This document shows, in pieces, positions 40,423-48,273 of a DNA stretch of 64,000 nucleotides. The position numbers were made by a program, and so were the translations under genes. Within the stretch, counting starts at the first letter, position 1. Each line of letters opens with the position of its first letter. The notes beneath the pieces are model-generated. The model was not told the origin of the DNA, ran no database searches, and was given only the letters and a program-made list of their open reading frames with translations. This stretch comes from a virus (taxonomy: Duplodnaviria > Caudoviricetes), in the IMG/VR virus record IMGVR_UViG_3300025389_000011; one strand, given 5' to 3'.

Positions 40423-41936
40423 TACCAAATACCTCCGCCTTGTCGTTTTGAACCTTGCAATAATGCACCACTACCATAGTTTGGCCCAGGGCCATTTAAG
40501 CTGAAATTGTTACTAATATCGTTACGTGTAACGATTGGTATTGCTGTTATTGACATTTGAATTTTTGTTGGTACATATGTTGGAGTGCGTGTGCCATCAC
40601 TAGTTGCAAATTGGGGTGAACCAGTGGTCGCTCCTGGATTTAATCCACTACTATTTAATCGATCACCAGACACACTACTACTATTTTGTGTTGCAACATT
40701 CATTGATGCCAAATTGACACCGGGTGCTGTTGTTGCGGCGCCTGCACGAATATAATCAACATCTGTGGGTAATGAATAATTAAATGCGGTAATTGCTAAA
40801 GGATGGCTATCAAATTGAAATTGTCCCAATCCATATAGATAACATAATGGAGGAGGTGTCCCATTGTTTGGATTTAAATCTTGACCATAAAACATTTTTG
40901 TAACACTACGGAAAAAGTGTATTACAGCTAATACATAGTTAGCTTCCTGCGTGTCTTGTGCTGTAAAATCGCATGTTATTGAAATACTATCTACTGCACT
41001 ATTCTTGTACTGAAAAAATTTATAGTTACTATGTGTTAATTCAGTGGCATCATAATTTGCGGCATATTGAACGGAAATCGCAGGTGTATAGGGGAATATT
41101 ACTCCATCTGTCGCGGCTAATGGTAATAGTATTCCTTCATTGCCCTTGTTCTTATACAAATAGGTTGCACTCGGTGCCAATGCTAATCTAACACGCCAAT
41201 CACCAAGTTGTGCAAAGTTTGCCGCATCCTGTTGAGTTGCTTGACTTTGTGTGTTTAATAATGGACCGGTTAATGCAGTTTGATTGGTATTGTTGTTGGC
41301 TTGAGCGGAATCGTTTTGAGCAACTGCTTGATTTGAAGCAGATGCATCTGCCGCACCTACATTGGCTGTTGTGGCTGCAGGATCAGCATTGCTAACTACA
41401 GTATTACTATTTGCCGGTAAATCACCCACATAAAAAGGTTTTCCTGTGGCCTCATCGATTTGCCAACCTGGATTTAAATTACCATTATCATCATAGGGTT
41501 GATTTGTCGCATCTCCTAAATAAGGATCATTCTGACTAGTAATTGTTGTTGGGCTTGTGTTGGTTGGAGTTGATCCTGCTCCAGGAACATTTTCATCAGT
41601 ACCAACAGGTGCGTCGGCGGCGGTTGTGTTCGGTGCTACTGCTAACTGTTGTTCAGCGTATTGTTGAATTTGAAAGGTGTTTAGTACAATATCTCCTCCA
41701 TTTTCAATATCGGCTGGGTTAGTAGATGTTGCTACAGTTTGACCATTGTATGTTAATATGAATTGCTCTGGAGGAGGTATAGTTATTGTTTGGCTACCAA
41801 CATTTACCAATTGGTCTCCGGTATAGGGACCGGCACTTGAGCCATTAGCCAAGTTTATTACATATTGTATGCCCGTCGATGTCATCGTTGCAACGACATT
41901 TACTCCACCGCCTATACTAGCTGTTACTGATGCCAT
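40422..41936 (-). CDS. Tail-tube initiator/baseplate cap-like protein (gp48/gp54-like) with low-complexity N-terminus
   Basis: C-terminal VIFPYTPAISVQY...THSNY...ISITCDFTAQ...PPPLCYLYGLG domain. Confidence 0.55.
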   Translation of the reverse strand: MASVTASIGGGVNVVATMTSTGIQYVINLANGSSAGPYTGDQLVNVGSQTITIPPPEQFILTYNGQTVATSTNPADIENGGDIVLNTFQIQQYAEQQLAVAPNTTAADAPVGTDENVPGAGSTPTNTSPTTITSQNDPYLGDATNQPYDDNGNLNPGWQIDEATGKPFYVGDLPANSNTVVSNADPAATTANVGAADASASNQAVAQNDSAQANNNTNQTALTGPLLNTQSQATQQDAANFAQLGDWRVRLALAPSATYLYKNKGNEGILLPLAATDGVIFPYTPAISVQYAANYDATELTHSNYKFFQYKNSAVDSISITCDFTAQDTQEANYVLAVIHFFRSVTKMFYGQDLNPNNGTPPPLCYLYGLGQFQFDSHPLAITAFNYSLPTDVDYIRAGAATTAPGVNLASMNVATQNSSSVSGDRLNSSGLNPGATTGSPQFATSDGTRTPTYVPTKIQMSITAIPIVTRNDISNNFSLNGPGPNYGSGALLQGSKRQGGGIW

Positions 41937-41957
41937 AATATTAGTATTCCTTAATTG

Positions 41958-41964
41958 TATTTAG
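41958..41964 (-). promoter_or_regulatory. Late promoter CTAAATA heading the baseplate arm
   Basis: Upstream of an AAGGA RBS and the 41936 start. Confidence 0.6.
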
Positions 41965-42007
41965 TCATAAATAAGAGTGCTATTTTTAGTAATCTATCCA
42001 AAACATG

Positions 42008-42037
42008 TTGCCCTTGTGCAACAACAAATGCTACAAT
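42008..42037 (+). promoter_or_regulatory. Sigma70-like promoter TTGCCC-N18-TACAAT for the late sigma gene
   Basis: -35 at 42008-42013 and -10 at 42032-42037; GGAG RBS before ATG 42063. Confidence 0.45.
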
Positions 42038-42062
42038 GTTTCTAACACATTAACGGAGAAAT

Positions 42063-42968
42063 ATGTCATTACCAAGCAAAAAGCCTGTAAATTATCTTAA
42101 CAACAAAGATATTTTAAAAGAAATTCACGAAAGCAAAAATACATATTGTTACTATACACTCCCTGAATATCATAGGTATGATTATATTGTAGACATGCCA
42201 CATGATAGTATAGAACTTAGTTTAGAAAGTGCTTTTAAACCAGAAAATATTCAACAAGCAAAGGAAACACGTGCTACACGCTTATCTGTTGAAAGTGGGA
42301 CAAAAATCAACCCAGATACGGTATCAGTTAATGATTTAGTATTTAGGGTTATGACATGGGATCATGTTCCAGTCGCACCCAAAGTACCTAGGAAATCAGT
42401 AAAAAAGAAAACAGCAAAAGATATCTTTGAGTTTGAAGACGATATTGTAGATCCAGATGAAATTTTTGCCGATTTAGAAGATGTTACAACCAAAAAAGAA
42501 GTTGATGACATGGTCCATGTTAAAGTTAACTTTCCACCATTCCAACATTACAAGATTGACGAAAACAATAAATTTTATTGTGTGGGTAAAAGTCACTGGA
42601 AAGGTGATTTAGTTACCGGCTCATTCAGTAAAGATCATGGGCAAATTACAAACAAATTAGCCAAAATGTATATCATGATGTGTGAGAAATACGCCATGAA
42701 ATTTAATTGGCGCGGATATACGTACAATGATGAAATGCGTAATAGCGCCATTCTACAATTAACATATGTTGGGTTACGTTTTAATGAAGCCAAAAGTGCT
42801 AACCCATTCGCTTACTATACAGCGGCTATCACAAATAGTTTCTGTCGTGTATTGAACATTGAAAAACGTAATCAGAATATACGTGATGATATCTTAGAAA
42901 TCAATGGGCTTAACCCAAGCTGGAGTCGCCAAAACTCTGGTGGCGGTGTTGCTGTATTTGAAGAATAA
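42063..42968 (+). CDS. gp55: Late-transcription sigma factor, T4 gp55-like
   Basis: NYLNNKDILKEI N-terminus, and WRGYTYNDEM...FNEAKSANPFAYYT..ITNSFCRVLNIEKRNQ matches the gp55 pattern. (A/C)TAAATA promoters occur throughout the window. Confidence 0.8.
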   Translation: MSLPSKKPVNYLNNKDILKEIHESKNTYCYYTLPEYHRYDYIVDMPHDSIELSLESAFKPENIQQAKETRATRLSVESGTKINPDTVSVNDLVFRVMTWDHVPVAPKVPRKSVKKKTAKDIFEFEDDIVDPDEIFADLEDVTTKKEVDDMVHVKVNFPPFQHYKIDENNKFYCVGKSHWKGDLVTGSFSKDHGQITNKLAKMYIMMCEKYAMKFNWRGYTYNDEMRNSAILQLTYVGLRFNEAKSANPFAYYTAAITNSFCRVLNIEKRNQNIRDDILEINGLNPSWSRQNSGGGVAVFEE

Positions 42969-42986
42969 TCAATTTAACCAATGCCA

Positions 42987-43016
42987 TTGCATTTGTAGTG
43001 GCATTTCCTATACACT
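42987..43016 (+). promoter_or_regulatory. Sigma70-like promoter TTGCAT-N18-TACACT upstream of gp47
   Basis: -35 at 42987-42992 and -10 at 43011-43016, with the -35 inside an AATGCCA/TGGCATT inverted repeat. Confidence 0.35.
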
Positions 43017-43022
43017 ATCGAG

Positions 43023-44039
43023 ATGACTAACCTATTTAAAAAAGCTGCCGTTTTTACGGATATTCACTTTGGACTAAAAAGCAATAGCATACAGCACAAT
43101 GAAGACTGTATGAATTTTGTTGATTGGTTTATACAAAAAGCCAAAGCAGAAAATTGTGAAACATGTTTCTTTTTGGGTGATTACAATCACCACAGAGCAA
43201 GTATCAACATTCACACACTACAGTTTGGTCTACAAGCATTGGAAAAACTAAGTGCCAATTTTGATACGGTGTATTTTATCCCCGGCAATCATGACCTTTA
43301 TTATCGTGACCGTCGTGATATTCATAGTGTCGAGTGGGCTAAACATTTGCCGAATGTAAAAATTGTCAATGACTTTTTTAGTGAGGGTGATGTAGTTATT
43401 GCTCCTTGGTTAGTACATGATGATTATAAAAAAATTCAAAAACTAAGTGGCAAATACTTATTTGGTCATTTTGAATTACCCCGATTTTACATGAACGCTA
43501 TGGTTGAAATGCCCGACCATGGTGAAATTAACACAGACCATATGCGTGGCTTTGATAAAGTATTCAGTGGTCACTTTCACAAGAGGCAAAGTCGTGCCAA
43601 TGTTTGGTATATTGGTAATGCTTTCCCGCATAACTATGCTGATGCAGGAGATGATGCACGGGGAATGATGATACTTGAGTGGGGTGAAGATCCAATCTTT
43701 CATAGTTGGCCACGTCAACCAGTGTATCGTGTACACAAATTGAGTGATATCTTAGAAAGCCCGGAACAGTATCTTTTGATTGATAGTCATGTTAGAGTAC
43801 ATCTTGATATTGATATCAGCTATGAGGAGGCTAATTTTTTGCGTGAAACATTTATACCAGAATACAAACTAAGAGAAATGTCGCTTATCCCAATTAAGGG
43901 TGAGGCTGTAGAACAAGGCATGAGTGCTGACGGTCTTAAGTTTGAAAGCGTTGACCAAATTATTATTGACCAAATCAATGCAATTGAAAGCAATAGTTTT
44001 GACAAAAAAATACTTTTGGACATCTATAATAATCTATGA
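43023..44039 (+). CDS. gp47: Recombination endonuclease subunit, gp47/Mre11/SbcD-like
   Basis: Metallophosphoesterase motifs TDIHFG, LGD, PGNHD, GHF and SGHFH. Confidence 0.92.
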   Translation: MTNLFKKAAVFTDIHFGLKSNSIQHNEDCMNFVDWFIQKAKAENCETCFFLGDYNHHRASINIHTLQFGLQALEKLSANFDTVYFIPGNHDLYYRDRRDIHSVEWAKHLPNVKIVNDFFSEGDVVIAPWLVHDDYKKIQKLSGKYLFGHFELPRFYMNAMVEMPDHGEINTDHMRGFDKVFSGHFHKRQSRANVWYIGNAFPHNYADAGDDARGMMILEWGEDPIFHSWPRQPVYRVHKLSDILESPEQYLLIDSHVRVHLDIDISYEEANFLRETFIPEYKLREMSLIPIKGEAVEQGMSADGLKFESVDQIIIDQINAIESNSFDKKILLDIYNNL

Positions 44040-44272
44040 TTATGGAACCAAGACGGTATGGGAAAGAGTATAGAGATTTAGAATCTCTTATAAAGATTAA
44101 TAAACATTTGGGTATTGCACTATCTGAATTGTCACGTACTCAACCCTATATAGGTAGTTTAAGAGAAACCAGCAGATTGATTAAAGTTAAGTTAAAATTA
44201 GAAGGTATATTAGAAAAAACATTGAAGGCTGAACAATTAGCCAAAGATAGTTTTTTTAGAAAATTAAAATGA
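44036..44272 (+). CDS. Hypothetical basic protein between gp47 and gp46
   Basis: 78 aa, with ATGA overlaps at both ends. Confidence 0.65.
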   Translation: MIMEPRRYGKEYRDLESLIKINKHLGIALSELSRTQPYIGSLRETSRLIKVKLKLEGILEKTLKAEQLAKDSFFRKLK

Positions 44273-46032
44273 TAACACTCCAGAACATAACATTACGAAA
44301 CTTTTTAAGTATTGGACAAGTTACACAAGCAGTTGACTTTGACAGAAAAGACTTAACACTTATTTTAGGTGAAAACTTAGACTTAGGTGGAGATGGTGCT
44401 AGAAATGGTACCGGTAAGACCACACTAATTCAAGGGTTATCCTACGCATTGTTTGGTGTTCCCATTAATGATATTCGTAAAGACAATTTAGTTAACCGTA
44501 CCAATACAAAAAACATGATGGTAACACTAGAGTTTAATGTAAATGGTACTGAGTATAAGATTGAACGTGGTCGTAAACCAAACATCTTAAAATTTTACGT
44601 CAACAATATACAAGATAAAACAAGTGAAGACCAACAAGGTGAAAACAAAGAAACACAGTTAGCCATTGAGCGTGTGATTAACATGACTCCTGAAATGTTT
44701 CGTCACATTGTGGTTCTTAACACATATAGTCAACCGTTTTTGGCGTTGAAACCAAACGAACAACGTGATATTATTGAACAATTATTGGGTATTACTTTAT
44801 TAAGTGAAAAAGCCGAAATCATTAAAAACATGATTAGGACTAGCAAAGACAATATTCAACAAGAAGAATTTAATATCAAGGCTATTGAAGAAGCCAACAA
44901 ACGTGTTAAAGAACAAATTGAAGCTACCAAACGTAGACAAAAACTTTGGCAAACTAAACACGATGATGATTTAGCTAAACTTGCGTTGGCTTATGATGAA
45001 CTAACCAAGATTGATATCAACGTTGAGTTACAAGCACATAAAGATTTAATTTCATATAATGAAAAGCGTAAGGCTATTGATGACTTGAAAAAACTTATTG
45101 CACGATGCCAAACTGATGAAGGCAAAGAATTAAAAGTAATTGATAAGTTAAACAAAGAAATCGTAGACTTACAGAATCATACATGTTATGCATGTGGACA
45201 AGAATTTCACGATGCGAAACATGAAAGTGTGTTAGCTGAAAAACAAAAAGCATTACAAGAAGCCTCAGCACAGGCATTAACAACCAATAATCAATATATT
45301 GAGTATACAACCAGTCTTAAAGACTTGGGTGAGTTGGGGCCTATGCCTAAAACGCATTATGATACTGAGGCAGATGCGGTCAAGCATTCAAGTCAGATAA
45401 GCAATATTTTAAATCAAATTGAAATTAAAGCAGTTGAAGTTGATCCATATAGTGAACAGATTAGTGAGATGGAAAGTCAAGCACTACAAGAAATTAGTTT
45501 TGACAAAATCAACACATACACCAAAACTATGGAACATCAAAAGTTCTTATTAGACTTACTAACAAGTAAAGACAGCTTTGTTCGTAAAAAGATTATTGAC
45601 CAAAACTTAAGTTACTTGAACGCACGACTAACACACTATTTGGACAAGATTGGTTTACCGCATAATGTAGTATTCAAAAATGATTTACAAGTTGAGATTA
45701 CAGAATTGGGTCGTGAGTTAGACTTTGATAACTTATCACGTGGTGAACGTAACAGATTGATTCTTGGTTTGAGTTTTGCGTTCCGTGATGTATGGGAGAA
45801 CCTATATAGCCCAATCAACACGTTGTTTATTGATGAGTTAATTGATAGTGGTCTTGACACAATGGGTGTTGAGAACAGTATTGCTATTTTAAAAGACATG
45901 AGCCGTCGTAGACATAAATCAATTTGGTTAGTCAGTCATAGAGAAGAATTAGCGGGAAGAGTACCTAGTGTGCTTAAAGTAGTGAAGGAAAATGGTTTTA
46001 CTACATACAATTCAGCAGTGGACATGGAATAA
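44269..46032 (+). CDS. gp46: Recombination ATPase subunit, gp46/Rad50/SbcC-like
   Basis: Walker A GARNGTGKT, coiled coils with a CYAC zinc hook, signature LSRGE, Walker B LFIDE, D-loop SGLD, and H-switch VSH. Confidence 0.95.
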   Translation: MITLQNITLRNFLSIGQVTQAVDFDRKDLTLILGENLDLGGDGARNGTGKTTLIQGLSYALFGVPINDIRKDNLVNRTNTKNMMVTLEFNVNGTEYKIERGRKPNILKFYVNNIQDKTSEDQQGENKETQLAIERVINMTPEMFRHIVVLNTYSQPFLALKPNEQRDIIEQLLGITLLSEKAEIIKNMIRTSKDNIQQEEFNIKAIEEANKRVKEQIEATKRRQKLWQTKHDDDLAKLALAYDELTKIDINVELQAHKDLISYNEKRKAIDDLKKLIARCQTDEGKELKVIDKLNKEIVDLQNHTCYACGQEFHDAKHESVLAEKQKALQEASAQALTTNNQYIEYTTSLKDLGELGPMPKTHYDTEADAVKHSSQISNILNQIEIKAVEVDPYSEQISEMESQALQEISFDKINTYTKTMEHQKFLLDLLTSKDSFVRKKIIDQNLSYLNARLTHYLDKIGLPHNVVFKNDLQVEITELGRELDFDNLSRGERNRLILGLSFAFRDVWENLYSPINTLFIDELIDSGLDTMGVENSIAILKDMSRRRHKSIWLVSHREELAGRVPSVLKVVKENGFTTYNSAVDME

Positions 46033-46066
46033 TTTTATTGCTGAAAAATAGAGATAAGTAAAACAT

Positions 46067-46621
46067 ATGACAAGTCCACAAAAAGCAAAAGGTTCAGGTT
46101 TTGAGCGTGAGGTAGCTAAATATCTCACAGACACTTACGGTGAGAGTTTTATCCGTGTACCTGGATCTGGTGCTTATGTTGGTGGTAAAAATCAAGTGCG
46201 TAAAGAAGTACTACATGAAGGACAAATACGTAGCTTTAAGGGCGATGTGGTTCCTGGCTTGTCATTCAGTAAAATGAACATTGAATGTAAATTTTACGCT
46301 GATTTTCCTTTTCATCTGTTATTATCAGGCGACTGTAAAGTAATAGATGGTTGGTTGAGTCAGTTAATGGACGTTGCCGACCCGGGTGATGTAAATATTC
46401 TTTTCATGAAATTCAACCGCAAAGGTAGATATGTTGCAGTACAAAGCAAATTAACATGGATATCAGATAATTTTATATATTACAGTTCAAAAGAACATGG
46501 AGATTGGACAATCTTTGAGTTCGACTTATTTTTTAAATCAAACACTCAGTTATTAAAAACATATTCTCAATCAGACACCAAGTCAAAACCAGTTGAAGAA
46601 TTACTAACAATAGAAATCTAA
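46067..46621 (+). CDS. PD-(D/E)XK nuclease, Holliday-junction resolvase (Hjc)-like
   Basis: KAKGSGFEREVAKYL...GDVV...IECK, downstream of gp46/47. Confidence 0.75.
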   Translation: MTSPQKAKGSGFEREVAKYLTDTYGESFIRVPGSGAYVGGKNQVRKEVLHEGQIRSFKGDVVPGLSFSKMNIECKFYADFPFHLLLSGDCKVIDGWLSQLMDVADPGDVNILFMKFNRKGRYVAVQSKLTWISDNFIYYSSKEHGDWTIFEFDLFFKSNTQLLKTYSQSDTKSKPVEELLTIEI

Positions 46622-47020
46622 AATTTGTTGTCTCCGTGGGAGACCTCCTTGAGGAAGCGTGAAATATCGCCAACGGATCTGGAGTAAGCATAGTTAGCGA
46701 TAACTATGGATATACCGAGAAGGCAATCGGCAAAGCGAACCTTCAACAAGTCTATGAATACTTTATCTTGATTTCATAGAATGTGCGTTGCTGAAGAAAC
46801 AATTAAAGTTGTTAGCTTCACTACAGTCCCATAAGTACTTTACAGAGCAACCGGTAGCAAGTAGTGTCAGAAATAGGCAATTACTTGGGGAAAAGATAAC
46901 ATTGGATGACGGGCGTGGCAAACTCCTTTACCATTGGTAGTGCTGAATAGCACTACCATGGCTTCAAAGCGGCAATAAGTCTTTTAGTAAAATAAAGTTT
47001 TAGAGAATAGATCACCGTAA
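46622..47020 (+). ncRNA. Candidate large structured non-coding RNA (class unassigned; strand inferred)
   Basis: No ORF of 60 aa or more. About 42% GC over 46621-46980 (152/360 counted). At least 7 hairpins, including CATAGTTA-GCGA-TAACTATG and TGGTAGTGCT-GAAT-AGCACTACCA. Confidence 0.6.
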
Positions 47021-47024
47021 AAAT

Positions 47025-47088
47025 TAAGAACGAACGAAGTGAGTTCTTAGACAAACGAAGTTTGTCTCTACAAGAGATGTCTCCGAAG
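47025..47088 (+). other. Cluster of C-GAA-G mini-hairpins
   Basis: TAAGAAC-GA-AC-GAA-GT-GA-GTTCTTA (47025-47049), AGACAAAC-GAA-GTTTGTCT (47049-47067), and a third CGAAG at 47084-47088. Confidence 0.7.
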
Positions 47089-47114
47089 TTGATAAATGAA
47101 TAACTGCGTCCAGA

Positions 47115-47333
47115 TTAAAAGAATGGTAACTGGGTTTTCTTGGTTGTATCTAAATTATTCTCTATCAGTTCATTAATGAGTTTTCTTTCTTCCATGGACA
47201 TATTCAATACGTCCTCGTATGAGACTCCGCCCCTCATGTACCAGCTAAAGCTAAATGCAGATTTTCGTATAGAGGTACATTCTTTTTCCATATCATCTAA
47301 CAGCTTTTGAACCTTCTCGGGTTCAAGGTACAA
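47115..47333 (-). CDS. gp51-like baseplate/tail assembly segment, probably expressed as the -1 frameshift extension of 47339-48169
   Basis: SWYMRGGVSYEDVLNMSMEERK is a gp51-like pattern. It has only a TTG start, and its frame is open back to the slippery site at 47345-47351. Confidence 0.7.
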   Translation of the reverse strand: MYLEPEKVQKLLDDMEKECTSIRKSAFSFSWYMRGGVSYEDVLNMSMEERKLINELIENNLDTTKKTQLPFF

Positions 47334-47351
47334 AAGCCTTATCCGAAAAAA
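47303..47351 (-). promoter_or_regulatory. Predicted -1 programmed ribosomal frameshift signal (T TTT TTC plus 3' hairpin)
   Basis: Minus strand GAT TTT TTC GGA TAA; 7-nt spacer; then GCTT..TTGAACC-CGAGAA-GGTTCAA-AAGC stem-loop. Confidence 0.7.
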
Positions 47352-48169
47352 TCAGATGCGTTAAATGTAAAGTTTTGATCGTATTCGTGTTGGCAGTTGG
47401 TGCATGTAATATGCATTGGCTTCATTTCAGATGCATTTTTTAGTTCTGTATTATAGTCACGGATAGCACTATACGTTTCACTATCACAGTTTTGCAAAAA
47501 GTCTAAAATAAAAGGTTTTTCTGTTACTTTACCTGAGGGTGTTGCTATATATTCAATTGTTTCCGCTAGTACTTCCATTGTTACTTTTGTAATAGTAGCA
47601 ATACCTTCAGTAGTTTTAACACCGCGTTCTGTTTCATCTTCAATAGTAGTTAATGAATTAAACAAACGTTGCATTTCAAATTGTTTTAATGCTGCCTGGT
47701 TCATTTCTTTATAAAGTAAAGGTCTTAGCTTTATGGATAAGTTGTTTATCTGTATCTCTTTGCTATAGTCTGGTGCTTTTAGTGTAGACAAAATACCAAC
47801 TAAGTTTACTCCATATTCAGATACTTCTTTACAGTTTGGGCATTCTGTTTGAATATCCAATTGATTACCTTGACTTGCTGACTTTATAGCAATCAATACT
47901 GCATCTAAGTCAGTACTTTGTAGGCGCCATGGATCTAAAATATCAGGGATACAGCTTTTAATAATGTCTGAAACAGCAGAACCGTTAAACAATGCGTCAG
48001 GTGTTCTACTAGTGATTTCATCAATTGCAGTCATTGGGTAAACAGGGAACTCACCAGTTTCTGTAGTGTTCAATACCCCTTCAGGATATCCAATACCTTG
48101 ACTTGGTAGTTTTAAAAAGATTGCAGGTCTACGAAAATACTGTCTTAGTGGATTATTTGCCAGTGCCAT
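47339..48169 (-). CDS. Baseplate hub assembly protein/tail assembly chaperone, gp26-like
   Basis: NPLRQYFRRPAIFLKLPS..., MTAIDEI, CPNC and CTNC zinc-ribbon pairs, ends DFFG. The true start is probably ATG 48169 (AGGA RBS) rather than 48205. Confidence 0.7.
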   Translation of the reverse strand: MALANNPLRQYFRRPAIFLKLPSQGIGYPEGVLNTTETGEFPVYPMTAIDEITSRTPDALFNGSAVSDIIKSCIPDILDPWRLQSTDLDAVLIAIKSASQGNQLDIQTECPNCKEVSEYGVNLVGILSTLKAPDYSKEIQINNLSIKLRPLLYKEMNQAALKQFEMQRLFNSLTTIEDETERGVKTTEGIATITKVTMEVLAETIEYIATPSGKVTEKPFILDFLQNCDSETYSAIRDYNTELKNASEMKPMHITCTNCQHEYDQNFTFNASDFFG

Positions 48170-48207
48170 AAATTTTGTCCTTTTGAAATTTGGGTGTTTG
48201 CCCAATG

Positions 48208-48231
48208 CTAAATACTATGTAGTCTATTTAT
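48208..48231. promoter_or_regulatory. Overlapping opposed late promoters (CTAAATA + at 48208-48214; ATAAATA - at 48225-48231)
   Basis: Both boxes lie in the short intergenic region between the divergent chaperone and tape-measure genes. Confidence 0.55.
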
Positions 48232-48273
48232 TGGTATAAAATAGCACCTAAAAAAACCGGACATCTAACATAT

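Noticed and set aside
46783-46910. Group II intron 5' end (GTGCG at 46783) or an IscB omega/HEARO-like ATAACATTGG word (~46896)
   Set aside because: There is no domain V/AGC triad, no interrupted gene, and no RT or IscB/TnpB ORF nearby. Short-word matches are expected by chance.
46651-46975. RNase P RNA-like words (GAGGAAG at 46651, ACAGAGCAACCG at 46842, GGCAAACTCC at 46918, GGCTT at 46960)
   Set aside because: The order is suggestive, but CR-I lacks AAAGUCC, the CR-I to CR-II spacing (~190 nt) looks too long, and no canonical P4 forms. A cmsearch against RNase P models would settle it.
48170-48205. Upstream start (MGKHPNFKRTKF) given for the gp26-like ORF
   Set aside because: ATG 48169 has an AGGA RBS and begins the conserved NPLRQYFR motif; the longer start overlaps the promoter region.
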